Assembly (NCBI GenBank): GCA_040954595.2
Contig: CM082583.2
Coordinates: forward strand, 9,596,254-9,660,253
Direction of reading: 5' to 3'
Length of the DNA stretch: 64,000 nt
From: Balanoglossus misakiensis
Taxonomy: Eukaryota; Animalia; Hemichordata
Shown: positions 26,901 through 41,900 of the stretch, in pieces
How the letters are laid out: every line of letters starts with the position of its first letter
Position numbering within the stretch: position 1 is the stretch's first letter
Program-made: the position numbers and the translations under genes
The notes under the pieces: model-generated
The model's database searches: none
Seen by the model: the letters and a program-made list of their open reading frames with translations, nothing else
Told to the model about the DNA's origin: nothing

Positions 26901-29900
26901 TGCTTTATAGGGTATTTAGCATCAGAAGATGTCAGGCCTACGGGTGGAGTCCTGTATTTCCTGTCAACAATGACACATGAAACCTTCAGGCTCGAAATTT
27001 TACCTGACAATATCCCAGAAGAAAGAGAGGTAATAAAACTATCAAACATTCATAATTGTCGTATCTTCTTGATTTTGATCCTACAGCCCTCATCTTCCTT
27101 CCAATGAGCTCATTTTGGTCATTTTGGAATTCTTACTTTTCTCTGTTCTTTTAACTATAGAATGGAAACTAGTCAAATATATTAGTTCCACATACCACAA
27201 CAGACGTTGAACAACATCCTCTGCAATTTTTTTCTTTCGACAGGAAATTAAACTGATGCTAAAGAGTGCCACCAGTGGTGGAGTTATTGGACCCCAGTCT
27301 GAAGCGACTGTTACCATAGAAGCCAATGATGACCCACACGGCACTGTGGAGTTTGCATATTTGGAGAATGTTGTCATCGAAGAAGAAGGCAACAGTGTAG
27401 CCAACATTAAAGTAAATAGAAGGTGAGTTGGAGACATTTCCATACTCAGTTAAGAGTTTGAATAAATTTTAACAATTTTGAATGTGAAATGCGTGGTAAT
27501 AAATACTGATAAAATATTTGCCTTTTTTTATTTTTCCAGTCACGGTACATTTGGAGATCTTGAAGTCTTCTATAGTACAGAGGAAATCGATCTTGTCACA
27601 ACAGCAACCAAAGATGGCCAGTCCCTCCTCTCCTACTACCTGTCACCCCTGCAGGGCAGCGTTGTGGGACAGCCCAAGAATTCCATCGATGTCAGCCAGG
27701 CGTCCTTCCCTCTTGGAGAATGTGCCGGGCGATGCATCCAGGAAAAGGCCTGTGCTTCTTTTGAATTTGCAGATGTTGGTGGTGATGTGGAATGCCTTTG
27801 GTCCCTCTATGCAGATAGCACTTCCTTTGACTCCTCGACAGAATTCTTTTATTACGTTAAGGATATGAATAAGGTAATTTAATAAATTTCATCACCAATA
27901 TCATAAAAAATAGTGAATGACGTTTTGTAAAGAAAAAATATACAGTTTTATGTGAGTTACTGTGTGTTTTATGTATACATGGTTGAGGAATTATTGAAAT
28001 TTGTTTTTGACTAGGTACAACCATTGTATGATGGCCAGGCTGAAGCGGGCGTCGACTTTGCTCCGGTCAACACTGGATCATTCCAGATTCCAGATGGATC
28101 AAACTATGGATATGTCAGTGTTGTCATCCTCAATGACTCCATTCCAGAGCTAGATGAAACTTTCCAGGTAAAGAAGAAAATCTGTGTAGTGTTGAAAGTC
28201 TAATGGTGGAGAGTTTACTTTTATGTGCTACTATGTATTATTTTATATAAGGCTTTGTTGCATATTTTGAAATAAACCATTATTTGGGGAAATTGAATAT
28301 TTGCAGGTCAAACTGGAAAGTGTGAGACTTATTGATCTGACACCACTACCACAGAACCAACCCCAGCTTGGACAACTCACCGTGGCAGATGTGATCATCG
28401 GTGGAAATGATGACGCCAATGGTGTGTGGCGGATATACAGCAGCAGTCCGGATGCTACGGATAATGGCCAAGCAATCGCTGTGGTGGAAAGGGATGGACT
28501 GTCAGTGAGTGTGGAACTGGTTGTGGAAAGAACAGGTAAAAACATACATGTATAAAATGGGGCTTGCAGAAATTGGTGACATAGTTTTGTGATGATCATT
28601 CTGTGTACTTTTTCTTGTTGTACTGTACATGGTAAACACATTGAATCATTGACCCGGAACTCAGAATTCTACTGTATAATTCTCTCTGTAGGTGGTGCCA
28701 TAGGCGATGTGTCGGTGTCTTGGCATGTGGCAGGTGGCACAGCAACTGATGGAGAGGACTACATCGCAGATGGAGCGACGTTGACATTTGCTCCAAGAGA
28801 GAGGAGACAAGGTAGGGAAGAGTTTCTTCCAGTCACCCTGTTATCATTACTGATTTTTTTTTTATATAACATATGCACATCTAAAGTATTTATGACTCAT
28901 TTGAACATTTCCATTTCAGAAATCACAATCAGCATCCGAGACGACTCTCTGCCGGAAGAGAATGAGACGTTGATCGTTGAGTTGTATAATCCCGGTGGTG
29001 GCAGCGTACTGAGTCCAAGGAACTCAGTCAGTGTCATCATCCTAGCCAACGACAATGTTGCCGGTCTGCTCAAGTTTACTGTGCTGTCGTATATTGTGAA
29101 AGAAGGTCAGTCAGAGTTGTGAAGTATTCACTGTTAGAACTCATAATGGCAACATACTAGTACTTCAGTACACAAGTCTTTTGAAACCAGTTTGTTTGAC
29201 ATTTATGATATGTTTCCAATTGTTCATTTTCTGCCAGGTGACCGTTTCGATGTGACTGTGGAGAGATCAGCTCCGGCCAAAGGCATCGTGGAAGTCAACT
29301 GGGTGATCGAAGGTGTCAGCAACTATCTGCCTCGACTCAACTTCCAAGAAACCAACGGAACACTGACGTTTGCAGAGGTAGGAAACACCAAGAGTGAATG
29401 TGAAGTGATTCTGTTAGAACGAATTCAGATCAGAAAAATGTGTAAAAAAATGAAGTTATGACCGGTGCTACTGTGCATTTAGTCTGTGGAATCCTTTATC
29501 ACTAGTGATGTGTAGTGATTGTTAAAAATGTTACTGCTGATCTGTTCTCATCAGAAAAGTATAACAGTGATTATAAGATGAATTTTTAGTCACACGTGTA
29601 ATTTTTTTTTTACTATCCTAGGGTCAGTTCATTCAAGTGATCACTGTCCACGCACTGACAGATGAAACTCCAGAAATCAATGAAGAATACACAATAAGAC
29701 TGAATGATCCTGTCACTATAGGTAGGGAATTAACACATTTCTAGCTTGTTCTATGGATTTAATGTCCTTGTGCACATTCATGCCTCAATCATCACCAATG
29801 TGCCTTCACTTTCTTTTACCCCAGGAGTACCTGAAACAGGGGGAGCCGGTCTCAATGAGCAGGGATCTACAGCAAGTATCACAATCGAAGCCAGTGATGA

Positions 29901-32900
29901 ACCACATGGTATCTTTGTGTTCACGCCGGGCTCTGCAAGATTGGCCACTGATGAAGCAGATTCTGAAATTGAACTCATTGTGGAGAGAAAATTTGGATCA
30001 ATTGGTGAGTTTGTTGTTGGAAATTCAGCTGAACTTATCATACTACCTTTGCATACAGAAAGTCACCACAAGGAGACATTTCATTTGTTTTCTAAACTTG
30101 ATTTAAACTTCTTTCTGCAGGACACGTCAGAATTTATTATGAAATTCTCGGTGGTGCCATAGAGCCGGAAACTCCATCGACCAGTCGGGCTGCTCCCAAT
30201 GTGGATTTCATTCCAGTCCGAGGTTTTATTGACTTTGAGGATGGAGTTGTCAATCAACCGATCCAAGTTCAAATTCTGGAGGTAATAGTTATCAATGTAC
30301 TTCGCCAACCATACAGTTGCAATCATCAGGGTTTGGCAAAAGAATATTTTAATACTCGAAATTTACAGTAAATGTGATTTGGCTTTTATATCATGGAATT
30401 GAATATTTTTCAGGACAACACCCCAGAACTGGATGAAGTCTTCCTGGTCAACCTGACCTCTGCAATGCTTATGAGTGCAACCAATACTGAGACTCCACCT
30501 AAACTGGGTAAATACTATAGCCATATGTAGACATAAGTTTACATTTAATTTCAGTGAGCTGCACACATGAAAGAAATTATTTGATGTGATGAGACATTTC
30601 TCAAATGTGTTATGATATGAATTGAGAAAATTGATTATCGATGATTTCATTTTCCAGGTCCTAGTGACACTCTTGCCCAAGTCACTATCAATGCAAATGA
30701 TGGCACTCAGGGAGTGGTGCAGTTTGCCAACAGCTCAGCGAGGTAAGTAATTTCTGTCAATTACAATAGCTGTAATTTTATTGGAATATTGAAATAGATC
30801 GGATACAATATATGTCATGCATATACATTTGACATGTCTGATGGAACAGAGTGTTGCCAGTTTGATATCTCATTGCATATCCATGTCTCCATGCAGAGTA
30901 ACCGTGAATGAAGGAAACATGAACATCTCACTGACAGTGGAACGCAAACAGGGTACCTACGGCATTGTGACTGTGTTCTGCTACACCCAGCCATTGGAAG
31001 CTGACAGGGGATTGGATTACAGATTTATCGATCAGGTAATGACATCACAAAAACTGACAATGTATATCTGAGTGTGATTAAAATTCAGTGTGTGTTTTTT
31101 TGCCCAGTAAATTCCATGTTAATATTACCAGAGTTTCACAGAACCCTTGACCAGTGTTCCTGTTGGCAAAATAAATTAATTTTTATTCATGTTACAACAA
31201 CAGTATATGTCAATAGAGTTCCCTAAACTATTTACCTACATTATCAAACCTGTAGTGAAAGTTGATATAAATGAATTTATGCCTGTTTGGTCCACCTCCT
31301 AGGTACTGACTTTTGATGATGGTGAAAGCATAAAAACCATCACCGTGGAAGTATTTGAAGATGATGTCCCAGAGGACGATGAGACCTTTGAGGTTATCTT
31401 GGATAATCCCAACTTTGGACTTGAACTTGGCAATCCCAGCAGAGGTAAGGGTGTTGTTTGTCATTTCTTTTTTGGCAAGTCACAAAACACACCTACTGGT
31501 ATGAACGCATTTGGGAGAACAGACTGAATGCTATCAACATCACTGACACTAAATGATATTCATCATCTATTCATTTGTATCAACAGCCTCAGTTACCATC
31601 CTCTCAAACGACGATGCCTTTGGCATTGTGTCCTTTGCCACCTTCACCAACATCACTATCTATGAGCCGACTGTCACCAGTACGGCCGACAGCGTGGCCA
31701 GATTCACCGTTGTCCGAGACAGAGGGGCGTTCCAGGAGATCCAGGTGCCCTTCAAGGTCATGAACTTGGATGGGTCCGAAGGGGTCGTCGATGTCACGCC
31801 AGTGGAAGGTTTCATCACTTTTGAAGCGAACATCGATACAACAGTGAGTAGTGAATAGTGTGTGAGTTCAAGTGAATGTTGGTGCTAGTGGTATGGATGG
31901 ACAGTGAATGTGCTGTTTATACAAAGAAACCCTACTTTTTCCTTGGAGGACATGCCAGTATTTATAACTTAGTATTCAAAATGACAGAAACTGTTTAAGT
32001 TTGTGATATATGGCTTACTGACTAATATCTCCATTTGCCAGGTTCTGGAGATTTCTGCCCTGTGGGACGAGGAACCAGAGTTGGATGAAGGGTTTGTTGT
32101 CCGGTTGCTGACACCGACTGGAGGAGCCATCTTGGGATATCCCACGGTTGCTTACATCAACGTGGCTGATAATGATGCGCCGTATGGTCTCATACAAATC
32201 TATCCTCTTGGACTTCCAGGGTGAGTTGAGATTGTGTCTATACATCTGGTCTGTAATCAAGTACATGTACAACATTTACTCTTGTCAGCAAGCCATGGTT
32301 ATTTCAACATCATTTGTTCCTCCTTTCACATACACAGCGCTACGTCAGTCAATGTAGAAGAAGATGTCGGGACTGCATTCTTCACTGTATACAGAGCCAG
32401 GGGTACTCTTGACACCGTCACAGTTCAGTGGCAGACTATGCCTGCATCTGCAAGGACTGTTGGTAAGTGTGGTCCTAAATACATTGTATATACTGTTGTC
32501 AGAAGTAAAATTGACGTTATTTTATAATTAGTACCAAATATTTTTATTTTGTGTATTAAGTTCATCTTCTGTTGTTTTTTAACTAGCTGGCACGGCATTG
32601 ACTGAACTGTCTGTTGTACAAACCATACCAGGCCAGGGTATAATAAGTTGGCATAGCTTTACTATGGGTTCCGATCAGTACTTGGTTGTCCTCAACAATG
32701 CCAAAGTTGGCCCGCTGACCACCACAGTGGGCAGTGATGGTTCAGCCAGTGACAACATGACAAGCATCTACAACTCAGTGCTGTATGTCTGGCAAGGGGA
32801 GTTCATCCCTCTACAGGTGAGCAGAGCGTTTACACTGTTTTTCGCCTCTCAGTGTCATCATTATCATCATCGTCACCACCACCACCACCACCACCACCAC

Positions 32901-35900
32901 CACCACCACAATCATCATCAATGATATCTATGTTTTCATTGCAGGCTATTGAAACTGATGGTGGCATGAAAGCAACTACGGCCATGATCGGTGGCGCTAT
33001 GTATCTGGCCATTGCAAACCACGGCAGTATCGGAAGATACCAAACATCATCTAGGATATATAGAGTTGGATATGGTGGCACCCTGACAGTGGTGAGTTGT
33101 TTTTTGGAGAAAGATCTTATCGCTCGGATCAATTTACTGAAGTGAAACTTGCAAAAAGTATGATCAATAATGTATACATGTACTCCCGTCAAATTGATTA
33201 TCAAACCTTTAATGACAGTAAAACACTGACATTATAAGGCTTGTTGTGAAATACATGTCTGCATAGCAAATTTTGGGAAAAAATACAAGTATGACATTTC
33301 TGCTTTTGTGATTCCAGGTACAAGACATCTCAACCGACGGTGCTAGTGACCTTGCATTCTTCACAGTTGGGGTGGACACATTCCTTGTGATCACGAATGA
33401 AATGAACAGCAACGAAGTCACCACCATCAGTTCGCAAGTGCTTCGATGGAGCGGATCTCAGTTCGTCCAATCGCAGCTGCTGAGCACCACCGGAGCTGTT
33501 GGCGTCACTGCCTTCAAGATGGCAGGTGTCAGTTACGTGGCTGTTGCCAATAGATACGACTCCTCTCAAGCCTCCTTGGAGACGAAGTAAGTAAATTAAT
33601 GTATTGTGGTGTACATGTAAAGAGGAGAAAAATCCAAGACCTGCGAATGTGGTGCACACATGCATGTCTCTTTTCAGCTGTATACATATTGGTATGAAAT
33701 TACATTAATATAATGAAGTACTATAGAAAAATTTGATTGTAAATCCAAAAGAAGGTTGAATTTAGATTTTGCTTCAAAATCAAATGGTCGCTTTGGTAAT
33801 CTTTCTTTTCCCTACTATCATGATAGTTCTGTGTTGTACAAATGGAGCAACAATCGCTTGGAGGAATACCAATCCATTCCAACCAAAGGAGCAACGGATG
33901 TGACCACATTCACCAGTGGAGTGGATACATATCTTGTGTTTACAAACAGCAGAGCAAATGGTAATGTAATGTTCCATCTACCGGTACATTTCGGCCCTTA
34001 AATCTACTTGTCATGAAAGGCCAGTTTGAATGAAGAAAAGGTATCCTTTGGGATATGTCTATGAGGTACAGGTAGGATTGTTTAACATCCAGGGGCATTA
34101 GTGTTTGAATTACAACTTTTGTTACGGATTCTCTTTCCAGATGGCAGGACGGCGATTGACTCGGAAGTCATGAAGTGGGACATCGTCTCTCAAAGCTTTG
34201 TCAGCTTTCAACAGCTGAGAACAAACGGTGCCCAGTCTGTCAGTGCGTACACGGACGGCGGAAACCAGTACCTTGCTGTAGCCAATGCCATCGGTGACTC
34301 TACCGTGTATGTGTGGAGAAACGGCCAATTTGTGACTCTAGTGTCAGCTCCATCAGGGTACGATCTGACCCCAGTCACCGTGGATACGTCCATGACTCTA
34401 CTGGCATCTGCGAACTATGGAGATGGACAATCACTGATGATGTCGAGTGTCTTTGAGATTGTTGATCTTGGGGAAGGATCAGATTATACACCAAGGTATG
34501 TGAACAACAGATACATGTATTGAAATAGATGTACCTACCGTACATCATGCAAAACTTAGTGCAGTATATCCTCTTGTCTCAATATGTCAGTAAGGTACTT
34601 GTACCAAACAAGCTACCAATGAAAGGACATGAATTTTCCTCTTTTAAATCAAAATTATTTTTATCTCTCAGATCTGGAATGCTGACCTTTGGCCCCGGTG
34701 AGATTCAGAGAACCGTGACAGTGACCATATTGAATGATGAAACCCCCGAAGACACTGAAGACTTTTATGTTACCATTGGCAACCCAACAGGGGGAGCTGA
34801 AATCAGCAATCTGAATCAAGTGATGGTGAACATTCTGTCCAATGACAATGCACACGGTGTCATTGGCTTTGATATGGTGAGACTTAATTGTAATCACTCT
34901 TCAGACATAGTTGATAACAGTCTGATTTTGGTTATGATGACTCAAACTCGTAGACATTGATTTGAGTTGTTGACGCTGTCGCAGATGAGCCAATCAATAA
35001 TTGTGTCATGAAACTTTTGTTACAGGATTCACTGTCTGTACAAGTAGAGGAATTACAGACTGATAACCCAGTGGTGTTGACTGTGAGAAGACGGTACGGC
35101 ACAGCTGGATCTGTAGTTGTGGAGTGGCAAGCTACAGGTGATCATGGTGCTAATGATATCTCACCAACATCAGGACAGGTAAGAGTGATAATGAGTCTTC
35201 AATTCTAATTGCGACAAGTCGTTGCAAGAAAATTTCATATCTTTGACAAGATATGTGGATTTCACTTTCATGTTTAAAACCAGAATAATGAAATCAACAT
35301 AATTCAAGGAAGTCAAGGGTGACTCTTCAATAACTGAACTTAAGCCATGTATGGACGGTTAGTTGAGGTCATAAGCCTGTTTAGCAGACTCATTTATTTT
35401 GTGCACATTTTTTGTAGATTGAGTTCCCAGATGGTCTAGCTACTGCTGTAATCTACCTCAACGTCATCGCCGACTCTGAGCCAGAGCTGGACGAAGTCAG
35501 CTCCATCCAGCTGACCCGGGTCGTGTTGCCCGGTACGTCCCTCCCCGGCCGCGGCGCCACCATCAGCAGCACCGAGGACACAGCCAGGTTGACAGTACTG
35601 GCCAATGATTCACCCCACGGGGTCATTGCCTGGGGTTTGGACTCCCTCAGGTTGACAGTGGATGAGCCCGAACAAGACGACTTCACGGCCACCGTGACCT
35701 TGAAGATTGTCCGAGAACAGGGCAGCCAGGGAAGTGTCTCTGTCACTTACAGGTAAGGACGGGCTTGATAATGGCAGTTGTGTTCATTGTCAAGGTCATT
35801 TTGTCTGCTCTTTAGCTGGACATGAACATAAGTCTTGTAGAAAAGATGAGGAGTCATCAGCTTGAATATATTTTTCCTGCTTTTTTTTAGTACATCTGAA

Positions 35901-38900
35901 GACATCAGCGTACCAGTTCAGCAAAGAGCTACGTCTGGAGATGACTTTGTAGACACACAGAACACAGTGACAATGGATGAGGGCGTCACAGAAATTAACG
36001 TCTTTGTCACCGTCAGAGCGGTAAGTCAGCATCATTATTAGGAGGGAGTTTGCCAAGACTTTAATCAGCAGAAGTGATCCATCATTTGGAGAAAAGAATA
36101 AGATTTCGAATACCACAACTGTTATAAATACACCTTGATTTAGTGTCATTTTCCGTCAAACATGTAACTCTGTGCAAGACACGAGTTGAGCAACACACAC
36201 TATGTTGAACTTATATCTTAACAGGACAGTGTACCAGAGGGGCCAGAGATGTTCTTAGTAAACATCACCTCAGTGTCCTTGGCATCAGGAATTCCCATTG
36301 GTGGTGCTGCCCCCAGCGTTAAGATAGCCCAGAGTGTCGCTGAGATCACCATCACTGAGAATGACTATGCCCGCGGAGTGCTGCAGTTTGACATTGAAAA
36401 GGTGGGTGTAACAGGGAGTTCATTGTATGAATTACATCAGTACTCCTTCAAATGAAAGTAAGATAATATCAAAGGTTAGCAGCTTTGTCGTTTTAATATT
36501 TGAAAGTAAGAAAATTAAAAATCTAATATCACATCCGTTGATTCTTATTTCAGAATGCCCTTGGTGAAGTGGAAGTCTATGAAGGTGGCGGCACTGACGG
36601 ATTAATACAGTTAAAAGTGAGTCGACTGGAAGGCACTTACACAGCCGTAGAAGTCAGCTGGTTGGCGTACATTGCATCTGCTACTTCGGCTGATTTCACT
36701 CCCATGTCAGGAACTGTCTCTTTCCAAGATGGCCAGGTAGGTTTCACTTGCATTTAACTGTTGACTTGAATATTTTTTATGTCTGTTGGCTATCTCAGCC
36801 TCATGTAAAGAATTTTGGACATTTTTTGAACAGCTACAATGCCATTACCCACATAAGACTGAAATACATGTAAGGGGCTTGACTGGTCAAGCAAAATATA
36901 TAGTAGGATATATACAAGCATGTTTCTGTTGTATAAGCTCTGACAAAGTGTTGGCTGTCTCAATATGATTGTTTTTGTTTGTTTTGTTTACAGAGGGAAG
37001 GATCTGTTGACATAACTATTATTGATGATGCTGAAACAGAAAATGATGAGGTAAGAAAACATGTATCAAATAACAAATTTTATCTTATATGTAACCTTTT
37101 AGATGAAATATGAAATTGATTTGTTGTGCACTTGTTTGAAACCATGTTTTTCTCTCTCTCCAGATTTTCAATGTTAGATTATACAATCCCACCAATGGAG
37201 CAGTTTTAGGCAGTGAGACACTTGTAACAATCAAAATCAAGAAGAATGATTCACCGTTTGGACTGTTTGGTTTCACATCGACAGAGGTGAGAGAACTAAC
37301 TGAATATGGTCACGTCACTTCTGAAGACAAAACGTTGCATGTTGGACAGCATATTTCATCAACATGAACCACGCATGTAAAGGAACAACTTTCACTAGAG
37401 ATGATAATGAGTGATCGTATTGGTGTGTCTGTTACATTCGCAGGAATCTGTGATGGAATCTGAGACCGACAATGACCCCAACGGCCAGGTAACATTTGTA
37501 ATTCAGCGCAGTCAAGGCAGTGCTGGTACAGTACAGTTACAATGGGAACTTGAAGAAGCTGCCAGAGATGACATCTCACCATCCCAGGGCATTCTTACCT
37601 TTGCTACGGTAAATTCCAACTTCTATATCTGATTTGTAAATTTCAGTCACATAAACATTTTTTACAGGAAGCAACACACAGTTTTCATACATGTATGTAA
37701 TAATACATGTACTGTGTACACACTTTGTCTTCACAGGGAGTGACTCAGCAGTTTGTCAGATTACGCGCCGTGCCAGATAACATTCTTGAAGGAGAAGAGA
37801 GATTCTCATTAGACATTGTCAGTGTCTCCAACGATGCAGACATATCACCGATTTATGGTTAGTAGAACGTCAAAACCCTTACATCCACTATATTTTATAT
37901 CAAGAAATATCTTGGTATTGCATTTTCTGAGCTAACATATATTTTTTGTTTACAGGACATGCAACAATTGTGATTTTACCAAACCGTGGTGCTTCAGGTA
38001 TTGTGTCTGTCTTCCCACCATCAAGGAATGTTCTCATCGGTGAACCAGGAATCAATTATGATGGCGCAGCATACATATTGTGAGTCAATGTCCATTGTTT
38101 AATGAAGTATTGATCTGTTCAGTGTAATTCTTGTCCTCACTTATCTGACAGCTAGAGTTAGACCCATTCAAACTAGTTGATAATGACAAAAGGCCTTGTT
38201 TTCTGTTTTCCAGTTTGACGCGTGGCCAGGGAGTGTTTGGTTCAGTCAACGTCAATTGGCAGCTGTCGCCGAGAGATGATGCCACTTTTCAGCAGACATC
38301 AGGAATGGCAGTGTTTGAAGACCAAGTACAAAATGCAACTATTACTCTACAGGTAATTACATTGTACATTTTGTACACTCTGAAAGAGAGTGTATCTGTA
38401 GAACACCGGAAAAACAGAAGGCACTGAATAAACATTCACTGATTTACACTTCACAGACAGCTGCTTTTTAAATTCTATTTTTACATTATTCACAGACTAA
38501 AGATGATGATGTACCAGAGTTGAAACAGATCTACAGACTTCAGCTGGTGTCAGTCACTGGTGGCGCTAGCATTGACATCACTCCTGGGGCAAATGAAGCC
38601 GTGGTTACCGTGGCAGCCAGCGATAACCCACATGGCATCTTCCAGTTTGAAGTTCAACAAGTCACTGTCAATGAGGATGACAGACAGGTCAGTGGAAATA
38701 GTATCCTGTTGGTCAAAGATACAAGAATAGATATTGCATTTTCAGTTTTTACTTTAAGTTAACATACCGGTATTGTTATTAAAGTTGGTACCATCCCTTT
38801 GTCTTGCAGATAAATTTGAACATAGTGCGTACTGGTGGCTTGATAGGTCGTGTTCAAGTCAGCTACTCCACTTCTTCAGGTAGTGCCTTAGCTGGCCAGG

Positions 38901-41900
38901 ATTTCAGTTCATCTTCAAGATGTAAGTGTTTAAGAGCTTAGTCATTGTAAACCTGTAACATATTACATACTAAATGGTATATCATGCTGTCTGTGCTAAT
39001 ATGCTGGCCCATTGTGATGTCAGATTGCTTTAAAAATATTACATGTATATGATTTGTAGCGTTGACATTTCTGTGATATTTTCCACAGCTGTTGTATTCA
39101 ATGACGGAGTACGTATTCAAGTCGTCACCATCGTTGTCTTGCAAGATGAAGAGCCAGAAGGACCCGAGAACTTCTTTGTCAACATCACGTCGCTTCAACT
39201 GTTGGCTGACAGGTGAGCACCCTGTACAGCTTCGGAGTATATTGTCAATGTCTTTAAGATGTGTTCTTTGACTTGATTTACTGCGTGCTTGTTTCCATAG
39301 TGACAATGATAGATTTGATACAATCTCTGTTCCTTCCCATAGTGAAAGTGATTACACTGATCGCAATGGCCTCTCCGTTGACATGCCACCACAGATGGGA
39401 TCAATACCAGTTGTTACCATAGTGATCGACAAGAATGACAATGCAGAGGGTATCATTGAGTTTGGAGAAGATGCTATCACATTTTTGGGTGAGTCTATCT
39501 CATATGTCAGTAATTATGACAAACTAGTGGGCGACCTTTCTTTGGAAGCCCTAAAATTTCTAAATCTTACATCTGGAAATATATTTGTAAGTTTTGTAAG
39601 TTAATGGATGCATTCCTTCATACATTCGTGAGGTTGTTGAAAAAGCTGAATTATTATTTATTCCCACACGATTACCGTTCTTCTCCTTTTACAGTTTCTG
39701 AAGATGTCGGAACCGCATCAGTGCCTGTACAGCGCACTGCTGGCAGCTACGGTCTTGTGAGCGCCACCTTTGCACCAATGTCTCTGACGGCAATGCCCAA
39801 TGGTGTGGACTACACCCTCAGCAATGGAGAAGTCATATTCCAAGACGGTCAGACCGTGGCGTACATCGACGTGGACATCATTGACGACTCCGACAAGGAG
39901 TTCGAAGAGGTGTTCGAGATTAGGCTGGTTGCCACCACCGGTGGCGCTATACTCGGCACCAATCTCCTGTCGACTGTCACCATAGCAAAGAGCGATGGTC
40001 CGGATGGGCTTGTTGGTTTCTCTGCCACTGACGTTGAGAGAGTGATTCCAAATCCCGCTATTGAGACCGAGATTACATTTACCATCGAAAGGACTGGTGG
40101 TTTGGATGCTTATCTCACACCTGCAGAGGTATGTGAATATTGCTCTTGCAGTTCAGTGACATGAGGTTCAAGAAAATGGTCATCAGGCAACTATTTTCTT
40201 TCAAAAATGGCTCTTCTAGCCGAAAACAGTCTGTAATTCATGAACGTTCAAATTACTTATATTTTTCAGATTAAATGGCAAATCCTCGGACCCAACTCAG
40301 AAAGTGTCCTGACCACAACAGAGGATATTTCCACAGCAGATGGTAGCATCCAAGGGTCAATATTCTTCTTTAATGGAGAACGCGGCTCAAAGACTTTCAC
40401 ACTGACGGTCAAACCGTACCCAGGAGCTGAACAGCAAGAAGTCTTCATCGTGGAAATTTATGAGATTAACGGAGCTGGGGAATTGAGCACCGCAGCCAAT
40501 ACAGCAACTTTGACTGTGAGTGGATTGCATTAGAATGTTTTCAAAGCTGTATATATTACTGTTGATTCTTCGCACAACTTTTTGATCTTCATGTGGCATT
40601 ACAGGATTAACAACTTGACTGCTGTTTCATAAGCTGTTCTTTCAATTATACAATAAGATTTTATTTGATCAAGTAATGATATGGCATCACATCTCACTGC
40701 TTCTGATAATTCCGCACAGATAATGAAACATGGTGATCCCAACGGTGTCGTACTCTTCACTGGCCAGTCGCTTCAAACACGAGAGTTCAACGAACCCCAG
40801 GTGACAACAGTGCCGACCGTTGTGACTTTCCCAATCACAAGGAGAGAAGGAACTATCGGAGATGTCAATGTAAGTGGAAATATGTGTGTATTCCTTGTAC
40901 ATGCGATTTGATGTTCTTGAAGGTTTGCATTAGGTATAAGCCCCAGTTGTAAGTCAATGACCATTACCTATGTCATATATTAATAACTACATCATTCCAT
41001 CTCACAGGTCAACTGGGAAGTCCAATCCATGGATGGATCAACAGTGGCTGAAGATGTCACTCCTGCATCCGGAAGCACACTCATTCCCAATGCTGAAGCC
41101 AATGCCCAGATTGCCATCACAATCCTTCCGGATGATATTCCAGAGCTGAAGGAGGAATTCCAGCTGGTGTTGGTGTCTGCCACCGGTGGGGCTGAAATCG
41201 ACCGTGACGTCAATGTCTCGAGATTCCACATTTTGTAAGTGTTATATTTTCCAGTTTTAATACAGATTTTAAATATGTAAAATATTCTGTAAACATCTCA
41301 TTTTTTGGTGGAAAAATTGTATCTAACTCACTAACACACGAAGTACCAACTATCCAAAATTACACGGTGCTTAGTTACTTGAAGTAATATGTCTTTAATC
41401 TTGAAACAAATTTTATACATTTCACAAAAGCTTTTATGCCTTCATAGTGAAAATAATCCCATGAATTAAATTCCCAGCCTGGCTTACTTTTGAATATGGC
41501 AGAGCCACCAGTATCTGAATAACCTGATTATTTTTAGAATCATTGTCTGTTGATGATTTTATCCGGTGCAAGCTGTCACCGATATGTGTGTGTTCATATT
41601 AGTATGCCAGTCACGCCCATTCAACTGTTTTTTTTGGCTGGTCTGGCTTACACGCATCACAATTAACGTTAACTGCAGGTTGTAGTCATTGATACTCAGA
41701 GAAAGTGGGTATTGTAGATGTTGTGCGTCTTGTGTGTACAGTAATTCAAGACTGAATGGGTTCCTATTGTCCGCTAAGTCAAATAGGGCAGGGTCATCAA
41801 CGGACGCACATGCCTTTTGTGTCTCAGACCAGCTGGACGTAGCCAGGAATGGCTAAAATGAACTGGCCGAAGTTTTGTCTGTGCTTTCTGGTGACCAAAT

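Noticed and set aside
32830-33204. Poly-His, poly-Pro and poly-Gly ORFs
   Set aside because: Translations of an intronic CAC/CAT microsatellite.
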